A DNA stretch of 63,285 nucleotides, counting the filler. It is 4 parts of 4 records of this genome, joined end to end, with 100 filler letters (N's around TTAATTAATTAA, not from the genome) between each part and the next. Parts side by side here need not be neighbours in the genome. Positions count along the whole stretch, not along the records: positions 1 to 23,904 come from SRR31156797_15495; 3 more parts are not named here. One strand, given 5' to 3'. Position numbers and translations under genes: made by a program. This document shows, one piece after another, positions 1 to 10,208 of the stretch (position 1 is the stretch's first letter; each line of letters starts with the position of its first letter). The notes beneath the pieces are model-generated. The model saw only the letters and a program-made list of their open reading frames with translations, ran no database searches and was not told where the DNA came from.

Positions 1-246
1 ATCTATTGGAGTAAATTTTGTTTGAAGATAAAGTTCTTCTCTTTTTATCCCACTCTCATAAGCTTTTAAAAGCCCCTTACCTACAAGGTTTTCTTGATAA
101 TGCTTTGGCTGACCTGCTGTATCTACCCCTCGAAATCCACAAAGAATAGCCTCTTTTACAAGCTGTACAGTTTGCTCTTTTTTCCATGCTGTCCCATAGA
201 TCATGGTTGGCATTTTTATATTTTCATTTGTTGTTATATAGTTCAT
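1..246 (-). CDS. Aldo/keto reductase, N-terminal part (runs off window start; not in ORF track)
   Basis: Manual translation from ATG at 246: MNYITTNENIKMPTMIYGTAWKKEQTVQLVKEAILCGFRGVDTAGQPKHYQENLVGKGL...REELYLQTKFTPID. Contains AKR motifs G-x-R-x-x-D-T-A and REELYLQTK. Confidence 0.9.
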   Translation of the reverse strand, partial: MNYITTNENIKMPTMIYGTAWKKEQTVQLVKEAILCGFRGVDTAGQPKHYQENLVGKGLLKAYESGIKREELYLQTKFTPID

Positions 247-247
247 T

Positions 248-679
248 TTATACCTTTGCTTTTAAAAGCTTTCTCCAAACTCTATTTGGCTTATACTCTT
301 TAGGAGCAATAAGCTTCACCCCTTTTCTTTTAAGAATATCTTTTTTATATTTATAAATAAATACTGAGACTCTATAATTTTTAGCACAATGTACAAAAAC
401 TTTTTTATTTTCAGATAAAAGCATTTTTAATGTGGATAAAAAAAGTTTCAACCTCTCTATCTCAGGTTTTTCCCATGATATTGGAATATGATAATAGATC
501 ATCCCATTTTGAGAAACTATCTTATCCTCTTCTTTAATTGCATTACTACTATTATAAGGAGCTAGATTGATCACCACATCAAAACCATTTTTAGCTATCA
601 TTTGAAACTGTTTTTTAGTAGGTTGTCCCGATGTTGCTAAGTTTTTTGTTACTTTTATATAGTTAAGTATTGTATCCAT
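248..679 (-). CDS. Protein-tyrosine-phosphatase-like / DUF442 sulfur-transferase-fold protein
   Basis: TSGQP, VINL and HCAKNYR (CX5R) motifs. Confidence 0.8.
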   Translation of the reverse strand: MDTILNYIKVTKNLATSGQPTKKQFQMIAKNGFDVVINLAPYNSSNAIKEEDKIVSQNGMIYYHIPISWEKPEIERLKLFLSTLKMLLSENKKVFVHCAKNYRVSVFIYKYKKDILKRKGVKLIAPKEYKPNRVWRKLLKAKV

Positions 680-792
680 CTTTTCATCTCTATTTTCAAT
701 TATTCTTCCGTATAATAATATATACCTGATAAAACCTACATAACTTATAAAATAAGTTCTTATTTACTATAATTATTTTCAAGGAGAGACTT

Positions 793-956
793 TTGAATTT
801 TTTAGTAAATTAAGTAAAGAGGATCAAGAGTTTTTAAAAGAGAATTCAACTTTTGTAGAACTTCCTAAAAATACGATACTTTTTTATCAAGGTGATGTAT
901 GTAAAGAGATACTTCTTTTAGAAGATGGAACGAAAAAACTTTATCAAACTCCATAG
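793..956 (+). pseudogene. Truncated, frameshifted Crp/Fnr-family regulator remnant (start of cNMP-binding domain)
   Basis: SD AAGGAG at 781-786 and TTG at 793. The frame from 795 reads EFFSKLSKEDQEFLKENSTFVELPKNTILFYQGDVCKEILLLEDG...*, a typical Crp/Fnr N-terminus. It is out of frame with the TTG across a T6 run and stops after about 53 codons. Confidence 0.75.
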
Positions 957-980
957 AAAAAAGATAGAACTTCTTTCTAT

Positions 981-994
981 GTAACATATGTTAC
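981..994. promoter_or_regulatory. Perfect 14-bp palindrome GTAACATATGTTAC, putative operator
   Basis: Exact palindrome about 60 bp upstream of the DUF2892 gene and just downstream of the Crp/Fnr remnant. Confidence 0.6.
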
Positions 995-1051
995 TGAACA
1001 ATTTTTCATATTTTTCTATACTTTTAAAAATATAACAAAAAAGGAAGAAAA

Positions 1052-1270
1052 ATGAAAAAAAATATTGGTACTCTTGATAGAGTGATTAGGATACTTATTG
1101 GTTTTGCACTTATTGTTTATGCTGTTATGAATAATAATGTATTAGTTGGAGTAATTGCTATAATTCCCCTTGCTACAGCACTATTTAGATGGTGTCCTCT
1201 TTATTGTCCACTCAAGCTTTCAACATGTATCTACTATTGTACTATTTTTACTCTTTCTTTACTAGGTTAA
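1052..1270 (+). CDS. DUF2892 (YgaP-like) small membrane protein
   Basis: MKKNIGTLDRVIR, two TM helices, WCPLY motif; SD AAGGAAG. Confidence 0.9.
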   Translation: MKKNIGTLDRVIRILIGFALIVYAVMNNNVLVGVIAIIPLATALFRWCPLYCPLKLSTCIYYCTIFTLSLLG

Positions 1271-1328
1271 GCAAAACAATTACTTATATTATGTTATTAT
1301 TTCTAATTAGTAATTATGAGGAGTTGTT

Positions 1329-3224
1329 ATGAAAGTAGGTATATTAAAAAAAATTGTTATAGCACTTGTGGCTATTATTATTGTAGGGATGTCTACACTT
1401 GGAATTGTCCTTTATAATAATATGAATAACAATATGATGGCAGAAGTAGAAGAGAGAGCAGGAGATCTCATCTCTCGAACAGTACAAATGTTTGTAGTAT
1501 CTACTGTAAAATTCCATGATCAATTTAATGCGACAACAGATAAAGCAGAAAAAGATGCAGTGTATCAAGACTGGTTTCGAACTATTTTAGCCGTTGACCA
1601 AGCTGTTACTCATGACTTTGGAGAAGGGAAACCAAGAGTAAGACTTGTAACTGATGAGGGGATCCTTTCAGTGAAATCATTTGGAGCAGAAGCTACAAAA
1701 ATAGAAAACGAGTTTGAAAGAAATACTTTAAAAGCTTTTCTTGATGGAAAAGAGATGGTATCAACAATCGAAGATAACAAATACAAAATTGCTGTTCCGC
1801 TTTATAGTGATGCCCATCCAGGGTGTGCTGAATGTCACCTTATAGATACTTCAAAACATGTTTTACTTGGCTCTTTAAATGTATACCTTCCTTTAGAAAA
1901 TGCAACAGGCAGAATGTTCACGATTATCACAGAGAATTTTATTTATCTTGCTATCATAGGTTTAGTGATCGTTATATCTTTTATCCTTTTATTTAGAAAA
2001 GTAGTTGATAAACCATTACATACCCTCCAAAATGGATTTATGGCATTTTTTGATTATCTCAATGGGAAAAATAAAAACATCCAAAGAATAGAAATGACTA
2101 CAAATGATGAATTCTCTGATATGGCTGATGCTCTTAATAGTAATATTGAAAATATCCATAAAGGGCTAGAAAAAGATAATGTTATGATCGATGATGTACT
2201 TAGAGTAGTGGATAGTGTAAATCAAGGAAAAGTAGATATACAAATAACAGCACAAGCAAACAATGAAAACCTTATCAGACTTGCAGAGAACTTTAATAGT
2301 ATGTTAAAAACTATGACTAAAAAAGTAGGAAACGATCTAAAAACAATCAATGAAACTCTCACTGAATACTCAAAATACAACTTTACTGCACAAATTCCAA
2401 ATGCTGAAGGTGAAATAGCAATTGCTGTAAATAATCTAGGAAAAGATGTGTCAGCACTTCTCAAAAAATCTTTGGAGGTAGGAACAACTTTAGAAAGCAG
2501 TGCAACTGAACTTCTTTCAACAGTTGATACACTTAATAGATCATCAAATCAAGCGGCAGCTTCTCTTGAAGAAACCACTGCAGCAATTGAAGAGATCGCT
2601 CAAGCTATTGTCAATAACTCTAAAAATGTATCAACGATGATGAACTACTCTAGTGAACTTGTAACCTCAGCACAAAAAGGACAAGTTGAAGCACAAAATA
2701 CAACAAGATCTATGGATGAGATTATAGAACAAGTTACAAATATCAATGAAGCGATTAGTATCATCGATCAGATCTCATTCCAAACAAATATCCTTTCACT
2801 CAACGCAGCAGTTGAAGCTGCAACGGCTGGAGAAGCTGGTAAAGGGTTTGCCGTAGTTGCTCAAGAGGTAAGAAATCTAGCAAGTAGATCCGCAGAAGCT
2901 GCAAATGAGATCAAACATATCGTAGAAGTAGCAACACAAAAAGCAAATACTGGAAAATCGACAAGTGATCTTATGATCAAAGGATACGATGAACTTCTTA
3001 GTAATATCAATAAATCAACAGCAATGATCAGTGATATCACAACAGTAAGTAAGTCTCAAGAAGATAGTATCACACAGATCAATGCTACAATTTCTCAACT
3101 AGATAAACAAACACAAGAAAATGCTTCAATCGCAAGCAATACATATAATATCGCTTCAGATACAGAAAGCTTAGCAAAAGAGATCGTGGCAGATGCGAAC
3201 TCTAAAAACTTTATAGGTAAGTAG
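1329..3224 (+). CDS. Methyl-accepting chemotaxis protein with periplasmic c-type heme (DUF3365/Tll0287-like) sensor domain
   Basis: Two TM helices flank a domain containing CAECH (CxxCH). HAMP-like region ([11 protein letters not shown]). MCP core [34 protein letters not shown]. Confidence 0.92.
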   Translation: MKVGILKKIVIALVAIIIVGMSTLGIVLYNNMNNNMMAEVEERAGDLISRTVQMFVVSTVKFHDQFNATTDKAEKDAVYQDWFRTILAVDQAVTHDFGEGKPRVRLVTDEGILSVKSFGAEATKIENEFERNTLKAFLDGKEMVSTIEDNKYKIAVPLYSDAHPGCAECHLIDTSKHVLLGSLNVYLPLENATGRMFTIITENFIYLAIIGLVIVISFILLFRKVVDKPLHTLQNGFMAFFDYLNGKNKNIQRIEMTTNDEFSDMADALNSNIENIHKGLEKDNVMIDDVLRVVDSVNQGKVDIQITAQANNENLIRLAENFNSMLKTMTKKVGNDLKTINETLTEYSKYNFTAQIPNAEGEIAIAVNNLGKDVSALLKKSLEVGTTLESSATELLSTVDTLNRSSNQAAASLEETTAAIEEIAQAIVNNSKNVSTMMNYSSELVTSAQKGQVEAQNTTRSMDEIIEQVTNINEAISIIDQISFQTNILSLNAAVEAATAGEAGKGFAVVAQEVRNLASRSAEAANEIKHIVEVATQKANTGKSTSDLMIKGYDELLSNINKSTAMISDITTVSKSQEDSITQINATISQLDKQTQENASIASNTYNIASDTESLAKEIVADANSKNFIGK

Positions 3225-3284
3225 TTTTACTACTTACTCTATAAATGAAATAACTTAAAATAAACCTATTTTTGTAAACTGTAA

Positions 3285-3316
3285 TATAGGAATTTTCTAT
3301 ATAGTAAATTCCTATA
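3285..3316. terminator. Inverted repeat between convergent genes, likely bidirectional terminator
   Basis: TATAGGAATTT-N10-AAATTCCTATA. Confidence 0.55.
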
Positions 3317-3336
3317 TAACCATCATTACTCTTACA

Positions 3337-3804
3337 TTATAAAACTATATTACCAAACTTGGCATTTAAAATCTTCTCTAAATCATCAGAACTTAGCTCA
3401 ACTTCAAGTCCACGTTTTCCACCACTGACAAAAATAGTATCATATCCTCTTGCACTCTTATCTATCACGGTGCGAAGTCTCTTTTTTTGCCCTATTGGAC
3501 TTACTCCTCCGACAATATAGCCTGTGCTTTTTTCGACTACTTTTGTATCTGCCATGACTGCTTTTTTCATACCCAGTGTTTTTGCAAAGGATTTTAAACT
3601 AAGTTTAGAACTTACAGGAACAACTCCTACTGCTAACTCTTTTTCATCAAGTAGCACCACTAAAGTTTTAAATACTCTTTTGGATTCTATCCCCATCTTT
3701 TTGGCAGCTTCTTCTCCATATGAAGAAGAATTTGGATCATGGATATATTGATGTACTTTGTGAACTATTTTATTCTTTTGTAATAACTTGATACAAGGTG
3801 TCAT
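3337..3804 (-). CDS. ybaK: Cys-tRNA(Pro) deacylase YbaK
   Basis: VFKTLVV, GYIVGGVSPIGQKK, VSGGKRGLEVEL motifs. Confidence 0.93.
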   Translation of the reverse strand: MTPCIKLLQKNKIVHKVHQYIHDPNSSSYGEEAAKKMGIESKRVFKTLVVLLDEKELAVGVVPVSSKLSLKSFAKTLGMKKAVMADTKVVEKSTGYIVGGVSPIGQKKRLRTVIDKSARGYDTIFVSGGKRGLEVELSSDDLEKILNAKFGNIVL

Positions 3805-3845
3805 TCCACTTCCTAAAATTATTGTTTTTTGTCGTATAGGGTTTT

Positions 3846-4136
3846 TTATATATTTTTAAAAATCTTTTTGCGTTCACTTGTATAGTGCCACCACACTTTA
3901 GGCTCAGCTCCATTTATAAAATCAGTGATCGACATAAATACATCAAGTACACAGGGATCTTGTTTTGTACCACTTTTACTACAAAGCTTTTGATAAAGTT
4001 CAAATGGATCTTTCCCTTTTAAATCTTCAGGAGAGTGAATATCAATTGATTCTAAACTCGAAGCAAGAGAAACACCAATATTTGGAAGATCTATAAGCTT
4101 TTTAGTATTTTCTCTTACAACTTTTGTAGGATTCAT
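3846..4136 (-). CDS. Helix-hairpin-helix protein (Cdd1 / mitomycin-resistance-like)
   Basis: LPNIG HhH motif, DPCVLDVF and WWHYT motifs. Confidence 0.85.
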   Translation of the reverse strand: MNPTKVVRENTKKLIDLPNIGVSLASSLESIDIHSPEDLKGKDPFELYQKLCSKSGTKQDPCVLDVFMSITDFINGAEPKVWWHYTSERKKIFKNI

Positions 4137-4717
4137 AACATCTTCTTAATATCTGGAAAATCATCTATCATTTTATCATAGGTATCATTTTGAGTTAATT
4201 TTTCAATCACAGTATCTAAAGGCTCACTATAAATCACATCTATATCAAATTCATGTTCAGCCACTTTAAAAGCAAGTTTTTCAACAGGTGGAGAAAATCG
4301 GGCATCTACATCCTCTTTATTTCCTCTTGGATCAACTCTATACCAACCATACTTTTTAAGATACACTGCATTTAATCCATGAAGACAATATTTCCCATCT
4401 TTATATTCATTACAACTCAGTCTTTGATAACAGATTCCTGCTGGAATATTATTAGCCCGTAAAAGTGCAGCTAAAAGATGTGCTTTGGCATAACACCATC
4501 CCGCTTTATTTTCTAAAACATCACTTGCTTTTATACTTTTACAATCAAGCTTATGATCACCGATATGTTTTATCTCATCACGTACATACAAAAAACACTT
4601 TTTAGCGATCTCTTCATCATCTTTACAATCTTTTGCAAGCTCTTTTGCCAAGGAACTCACTTTTGGATCTGAAAAGTTTATGTATTCTGTCTCTTGTAAA
4701 TAGTGTTCAAAGTTCAT
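4133..4717 (-). CDS. Transglutaminase-like domain protein
   Basis: GWCYAKAHLLAALLRA...HGLNAV...WYRVD (Cys-His-Asp triad). Confidence 0.88.
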   Translation of the reverse strand: MNFEHYLQETEYINFSDPKVSSLAKELAKDCKDDEEIAKKCFLYVRDEIKHIGDHKLDCKSIKASDVLENKAGWCYAKAHLLAALLRANNIPAGICYQRLSCNEYKDGKYCLHGLNAVYLKKYGWYRVDPRGNKEDVDARFSPPVEKLAFKVAEHEFDIDVIYSEPLDTVIEKLTQNDTYDKMIDDFPDIKKML

Positions 4718-4762
4718 ATTTCATCTTTATAAGTATTTTTATTGGAGTCTTTAAATCCACTT

Positions 4763-5296
4763 TTATTCGTAATTGTCCACTTTGAAAGTATTAAATACTA
4801 TATCAGTTGCCAACATTCTTGCCCCATGATTTACAGCATCTAAGATATCTGTATCACCCCACCCTAAGGCTCTTAACTTATCCATATCATCTGATCCTAT
4901 ACTGTGAGCATCTTTTATTGAAGTGATAACAAACTCTAAAAGTGCGATCTGCTTTTCTTCAAATTTTGCTAGTTTTATATCTTTTTTCATTGCATCAACT
5001 TCTTCTACAGTCCATCCAAACACATTCACTAACATTGCAGTATTAAAATCGATACAAAATTCACACTTTTGTGTATTTGATACTAAGACACGTATTGCAG
5101 CTAAAAGATCAGCTGATAAGGTCTTGTGACTCATATAATATTGTATAAATTCCATTTGTTGTTTTAAAAGTTCTGGACTAGAGCTAAAAAGTTTTGCATT
5201 ATTCCCAACTTCCCCTCTAAGAGCTACAATTTTATCATACAGAGCTTTTAACTCCCCTGTTGCTTCATCTGTTTCGTATGTTTTGATAATAGGCAT
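4763..5296 (-). CDS. AhpD/carboxymuconolactone-decarboxylase-like peroxidase-related protein
   Basis: CEFC (CxxC) in AhpD-like helical context; LRALGWGDTDI. Confidence 0.75.
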   Translation of the reverse strand: MPIIKTYETDEATGELKALYDKIVALRGEVGNNAKLFSSSPELLKQQMEFIQYYMSHKTLSADLLAAIRVLVSNTQKCEFCIDFNTAMLVNVFGWTVEEVDAMKKDIKLAKFEEKQIALLEFVITSIKDAHSIGSDDMDKLRALGWGDTDILDAVNHGARMLATDIVFNTFKVDNYE

Positions 5297-5317
5297 TTTG
5301 CTATCCTTTTTTAGTAT

Positions 5318-5366
5318 TTGACCAATCAGTCAAGAAAAGTATACCACTTATTGACCATTTAGTCAA
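5318..5366. promoter_or_regulatory. Two TetR-type operators TTGAC-N6-GTCAA
   Basis: TTGACCAATCAGTCAA (5318-5333) and TTGACCATTTAGTCAA (5351-5366), between the divergent AhpD-like and TetR genes. Confidence 0.8.
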
Positions 5367-5401
5367 GTCTCTACGAAATATTTTTTAGATATAATTAGGG
5401 T

Positions 5402-5974
5402 ATGAAAGAAAATACAAGACAAAAACTTATCGATATAACATATGAAGAGGTTTTTACCCATGGCTATCAAGGAGCTTCATTAGCAGAGATCCTTAAAAAA
5501 GCAAATGTTCATAAAGGCTCGATGTATCACTATTTTAAAAATAAAAAAGAGATGGCTCTAATAGCTATCAAGGAAAAAATACATGAACGTTTTTTTACAC
5601 GATATAGTGGCATTCTTGAACTTGAAGATGGGGTTATAGATGCCCTTTTCAAAGGCTTGAAAGATACTTCAAAAAGAGACTTTAAAAGAGGTTGCCCTAT
5701 TGCCAATCTTGTACAAGAGATGTCAAATATCGATGAAGATTTTAATACTACTATGAAATTGATCTACCAAAAATTTAGAGATTTTTTTCAACAAGCCCTA
5801 GATCAAGCAGTTTTAAATAAAGAGATAAAAGAGTGTGATACTACAAAGGTAGCATTATATATTACTGCTGTAATTGAGGGGGGATTATTAGCAGTCAAAG
5901 CAAGTGGAGATGAGCAAGACTACCTTGATACAATAGAGATACTAGAAGATTATTTTAAGAGTATAAAGCTCTAG
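5402..5974 (+). CDS. TetR/AcrR family regulator (NemR/LmrA-like)
   Basis: HTH KGSMYHYFKNK; GCPIANL motif. Confidence 0.93.
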   Translation: MKENTRQKLIDITYEEVFTHGYQGASLAEILKKANVHKGSMYHYFKNKKEMALIAIKEKIHERFFTRYSGILELEDGVIDALFKGLKDTSKRDFKRGCPIANLVQEMSNIDEDFNTTMKLIYQKFRDFFQQALDQAVLNKEIKECDTTKVALYITAVIEGGLLAVKASGDEQDYLDTIEILEDYFKSIKL

Positions 5975-5979
5975 TATAT

Positions 5980-6336
5980 TTATACTTGCTTTAGTTCCTC
6001 TTTTTGTTTTTTTGTCAACTTTGATACAATTAAAGCATACGATTGCTCAACCATATCCTTGATGATTTTCTCATCCATGGTTCCATCTAAAATAATAGTG
6101 TTCCAATGTTTTTTATTCATATGATATCCTGGAATTACACACTCATATATATCCCTATATGCTAGTGCATCATTTGGATCACATTTTAGATTGATACGAA
6201 GGGGTTCATCCTTTAGACTGATAAGTCCAAACATCTTATTCATCACTTTAAAGACCATCACCTCATTTCCAAAAGGGAACTCTTGTACAGCTCCTTGTTT
6301 TGATCTGAATATAGATTCTATATTTTCTAAGTTCAT
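5980..6336 (-). CDS. MmcQ/YjbR family DNA-binding protein
   Basis: FKVMNKMF, NLKCDP, PGYHMNKKHWNTI. Confidence 0.93.
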   Translation of the reverse strand: MNLENIESIFRSKQGAVQEFPFGNEVMVFKVMNKMFGLISLKDEPLRINLKCDPNDALAYRDIYECVIPGYHMNKKHWNTIILDGTMDEKIIKDMVEQSYALIVSKLTKKQKEELKQV

Positions 6337-6373
6337 TTGAAAACTCTCTATTTTATTGTTTAACTTTTTCTAA

Positions 6374-7090
6374 CTAATCAGATAAATAATACTCAACAGT
6401 AGAAACCACCCTTACCTTTTTGATATGTGGATTGTTTTTATCCCTTTGGGAGATACTAAACTGCCCTTGTGAAGCTCTTTTTATCTTACCAAGTTTACTT
6501 TTAGAATCATCGGCAAACTTCTTAGCAACGACTCTTGCATTTTTGGTAGCCTCTTCTATCATCTGAGGTTTGATCTCATTGAGTCTTGTAAAGATATATT
6601 CAGTTCTTGCTTGATAGTCATTTCCACTAAAAACTATCCCTTGTTTTCCTAAAGTTGAAAGGGAACTTTTTACCTCTCTGACCCCTTTTATATTTTTAGA
6701 ATATACGGTGACTATCTGAGAAGCACTATATCGAAACTCTGCTCTCATAGTTCCACCATATTGCTGAGCTACTTTATCTACTATTTGAGGACTTGAGAAG
6801 GTGATCTCTGTTTTATCGATCCCATTTTTTAATAAAAACTCTTTTATCTTTTTATTATTTGTATCTAATGTGGTATACAACTCTTCAATATCATTGGATG
6901 TTATTTGGTATTGAATAGGCCAAATCACAATATCTGCTGCATACTCTTTTTCACTTAGTCCTTTTACTTTTACCACTCGATCATATTGTTTATACTCACT
7001 AACCGCTGTAGTTAAAAAATACCCCAAAGAGCTTAGTCCTAAAAATATAAATACCCCTAAAATAAAAAAATTGGTTTTGTTTGTCTGCAT
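6374..7090 (-). CDS. SIMPL (DUF541) domain protein
   Basis: N-terminal TM; VKGLSEK..AD; A..FA.DS.SKLGKIK.ASQGQFSI; KKVRVVSTVEY. Confidence 0.9.
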   Translation of the reverse strand: MQTNKTNFFILGVFIFLGLSSLGYFLTTAVSEYKQYDRVVKVKGLSEKEYAADIVIWPIQYQITSNDIEELYTTLDTNNKKIKEFLLKNGIDKTEITFSSPQIVDKVAQQYGGTMRAEFRYSASQIVTVYSKNIKGVREVKSSLSTLGKQGIVFSGNDYQARTEYIFTRLNEIKPQMIEEATKNARVVAKKFADDSKSKLGKIKRASQGQFSISQRDKNNPHIKKVRVVSTVEYYLSD

Positions 7091-7103
7091 CTTTTTCCCT
7101 TTT

Positions 7104-8171
7104 TTATATGATCAATTCAAAACTTTGTGTCTTAAACTCTTTTCCATTGATCACTATTGTAAGTGTATGGATTCCATTATAATATTTTCTTGTTGTTACT
7201 TCTTTAAAGTGATGTGATTTTTTTATTGTTAGACTATTCTCTTGCAGATCACGTTCACTGACCTTAAAAACTTTATAGTTTAATTTTCCATTTTGTCTTA
7301 AAAGTCCAAGCTTATATTCAAGCCTTAGTTTCCCAAAGTTTTGTTTAGAAGATATTTGAAATGAAAAATCCAAATATTCATTTAACTTTACTTTTTTTGT
7401 AAGCTTCAATTCATTGAGTTCGATACCTTTTGAGTGATATCCAAAAAGTTCCATCACTTCGCTATCCCCAGCTTTAAGTAAAGTTCTTGCTCCATGTTTA
7501 ACTATCCAATCTGTTCTTTTAGAGTTTCCATACCACTTTTTAAAAACATCTTTTACGATCTGTGGATTATCTTTTGAGATATCATTAAGATTGTTTGCAA
7601 CACTTTTTCGTACATATTCACTCTCATCATCTTTTAAAAGCTCCAGTACTTCCAATACTTTTGAAGGGTCTTTTTTATATTCACCTAAAGCGATTCCCCA
7701 AGGAAGCCTAGGACGACACCCCTCTGAAGAGAGTCTTCTTACGTGCTCATTCTCATCTCTTGCCCACTCTTTAAATAGTTCTATCAATTCAGGATATTTT
7801 ATAAGATATGGACGCACTGCAAATTCACTAGAACATCCACTTGTAAAAAACTTTAGAGCTTCTATCGACTCTTTGTAATGTCCCATCCCATACACTTCTA
7901 CAAAATCAGGAAAGAGTAGATGAAACAATCCATTAAACTTCTCTTGAACTTGTTTTAGTATCACAAGAGCTTCTAAATAATCCTTTGGTAAAAACTCCCC
8001 AAGAGATAAAGTGATAGCTCTTAGACGCTCTTTTAACTCTTTTGCTTCCCACGTATCATTAATAAGAGAATCTATAAACTGCTCTTTTTCAAAACTTGGA
8101 TAAATAGCATCTATCTCATCTGCTAATCTTGTGATCTCTTTTTCATTGTATATATTTTTAAATGGTTCCAT
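7104..8171 (-). CDS. DNA alkylation repair protein (AlkC/AlkD-like HEAT repeat)
   Basis: SSEFAVRP, HVRRLSSEGCRPRLPW, YVRKSVANNLNDISKD. Confidence 0.9.
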   Translation of the reverse strand: MEPFKNIYNEKEITRLADEIDAIYPSFEKEQFIDSLINDTWEAKELKERLRAITLSLGEFLPKDYLEALVILKQVQEKFNGLFHLLFPDFVEVYGMGHYKESIEALKFFTSGCSSEFAVRPYLIKYPELIELFKEWARDENEHVRRLSSEGCRPRLPWGIALGEYKKDPSKVLEVLELLKDDESEYVRKSVANNLNDISKDNPQIVKDVFKKWYGNSKRTDWIVKHGARTLLKAGDSEVMELFGYHSKGIELNELKLTKKVKLNEYLDFSFQISSKQNFGKLRLEYKLGLLRQNGKLNYKVFKVSERDLQENSLTIKKSHHFKEVTTRKYYNGIHTLTIVINGKEFKTQSFELII

Positions 8172-8293
8172 AATTGTCTATTATAACAAAATATTCTATG
8201 ATATATTTTGATCGATTTACTTTAAGTAAAAGATAATTTCTATAAAATAATAATCAAATTAAAAATGAGGCTTAATAGTATTTAACGATTCCC

Positions 8294-9508
8294 ATGAAAA
8301 CTGAAACTATAAAAATGATCATTGCCGTAGGATTTACAATAGCTCTCTTAGCTATCTATTCTATATGGAACTATTACAATGAAAGAGATCGTTTAATTGC
8401 CCAAATCGATAAGCATCTTTATTCTGCTGCAGTTGCAGTACCTTTTGTACTTGAAGATGATTTCCATGATAGAACTACATCATCTACTTCTATCAGTGAA
8501 GAAGAAGATTTTCAAAATATCAGAAATCTTACAAAACTTAATAACCAGCTAGAGACTAAGTTTCTCTATACTGTAATCAGAGATCCACAAGGAGAGTATA
8601 GACTTACAAGCTCTAGTGCTCTTGAGAGCGAGATCAAAGAGCATACGGAAGTACGATACTATACTGCATATCCTGATGCTAGTGATATTTTAAAAAATAG
8701 TTTTAAAAACCTCAGCACTGATTATACAGTACCCAATAAGATCTATAAACCCTTTTATGTACCTATATTTAAAGATAGATGGGGAACCTATCGATCTATA
8801 GTTCTTCCAGTTCAAACGCTAAAGGGAAATCTTTATGTTATAGGAGTTGATATCGATATCTCTCATGTAAATACCCTTTTAAGACAAAATACATTTCAAA
8901 CCCTTTTCTCTTTTATTTTATTTATAATCGCTATCATTCCTATAGTGATAGTTTATAATGCTATGTTAAAAAGAAAACAAAAAGAGTATCAAGAAGTACA
9001 TCAACTCTACGTGGATCACTCTAAAAAATCTGTTACAGATCCTCTTACGCAGCTTTATAATCGTTATAAACTAGATAGCGAACTAAAACAGCAATATGAA
9101 AAGTTCCAAAGAGGTGAAAACACCTTTGCTATTTTACTCATTGATCTAGATCATTTTAAAAATATCAATGACCAATATGGTCATCAAGTAGGAGATGAAG
9201 TATTACAAAACTTTTCAAAGGTTTTAAAAGCATCTTCAAGGCTTAGTGATACAGTTGGAAGATGGGGTGGAGAAGAGTTTATGGTGATCTATCCTAATAG
9301 TGATCTAGAAAAAGGTTTCCTTTTAGCTGAAAAGTTACGAGAAGCTATCAAAGATACACCTGAGCTTTCAAAATATAAACTAACAGCTAGTATAGGTGTA
9401 GGAATTGCAAAACAATATATTCCTCTAAAACAATTGATCCAAAATGTTGATGATGCTCTTTATGAAGCAAAGAAAAAAGGAAGAGATCAGAGTATAAAAG
9501 TAAGCTGA
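8294..9508 (+). CDS. Membrane-bound diguanylate cyclase
   Basis: Two TM helices; DPLTQLYNR, DLDHFK, RWGGEEF with RLSD I-site. Confidence 0.92.
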   Translation: MKTETIKMIIAVGFTIALLAIYSIWNYYNERDRLIAQIDKHLYSAAVAVPFVLEDDFHDRTTSSTSISEEEDFQNIRNLTKLNNQLETKFLYTVIRDPQGEYRLTSSSALESEIKEHTEVRYYTAYPDASDILKNSFKNLSTDYTVPNKIYKPFYVPIFKDRWGTYRSIVLPVQTLKGNLYVIGVDIDISHVNTLLRQNTFQTLFSFILFIIAIIPIVIVYNAMLKRKQKEYQEVHQLYVDHSKKSVTDPLTQLYNRYKLDSELKQQYEKFQRGENTFAILLIDLDHFKNINDQYGHQVGDEVLQNFSKVLKASSRLSDTVGRWGGEEFMVIYPNSDLEKGFLLAEKLREAIKDTPELSKYKLTASIGVGIAKQYIPLKQLIQNVDDALYEAKKKGRDQSIKVS

Positions 9509-9517
9509 TCTAGTCTT

Positions 9518-10207
9518 TTATCTTGGATACGATCCATTATTAATATCTATAGAAGTACCATTGATATAAACAGGAGATTCTGTAGCCAACCAAAGCATAG
9601 CTTTTGCCACTTCATTTGGAGTTCCAAATCTTCCACTAATCACACTTTTTTTAAAAGCTGCTTTTCGCTCTTCAGAGTTCACTTTTTGCATATCTGTATC
9701 TATAGGACTTGGAGAGACTGAGTTTATTATGATCTTTCCCTCAAAAGCTTTGGCAAAACTTTTTGTCGCATTTAATATCCCAGCTTTTGTGATCCCATAC
9801 CAAATATCAGGATGTCCTGTATGAGCTGCTACTGAGGCATTATTGACTATTCTAGCACCTTCATTCATATATTTTGAACACTCTTCTATCATCTTTATAG
9901 GAGCTTTTAGATTGATATTGAGCATAGATTCTCTTTTTTCATCTGGGTAGTTATCATAAGGTAGTGTATACATTACCCCTGCATTATTTATCAAAATATC
10001 TACTGTACCGATTGAACTTACCAGTTCAGGTATCTTTTCTACTTCATTCATATCAAATTCTATGGTTGTTATATTTTTGTGCTCTTTATACTCAAAGTTT
10101 GAAAAGTCTCTTGCTACTACTATTATCTCATACTTTAAATCTAAAAATTCACGAGTAATCTCTAACCCTATCCCTTTATTTCCACCTGTGATCAATACTT
10201 TTTTCAT
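9518..10207 (-). CDS. SDR family oxidoreductase
   Basis: TGGNKGIG, NNAG, YGITK; start taken at MKKVLITGG (10207). Confidence 0.92.
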   Translation of the reverse strand: MKKVLITGGNKGIGLEITREFLDLKYEIIVVARDFSNFEYKEHKNITTIEFDMNEVEKIPELVSSIGTVDILINNAGVMYTLPYDNYPDEKRESMLNINLKAPIKMIEECSKYMNEGARIVNNASVAAHTGHPDIWYGITKAGILNATKSFAKAFEGKIIINSVSPSPIDTDMQKVNSEERKAAFKKSVISGRFGTPNEVAKAMLWLATESPVYINGTSIDINNGSYPR

Positions 10208-10208
10208 C

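Noticed and set aside
94..303. 69-aa + strand ORF and the many other short ORFs nested in or antisense to long genes (e.g. 11382-11828, 16021-16518, 29634-30023, 36294-36665)
   Set aside because: They overlap well-supported genes on another strand or frame and have the Ser/Phe/Ile-rich composition typical of shadow ORFs
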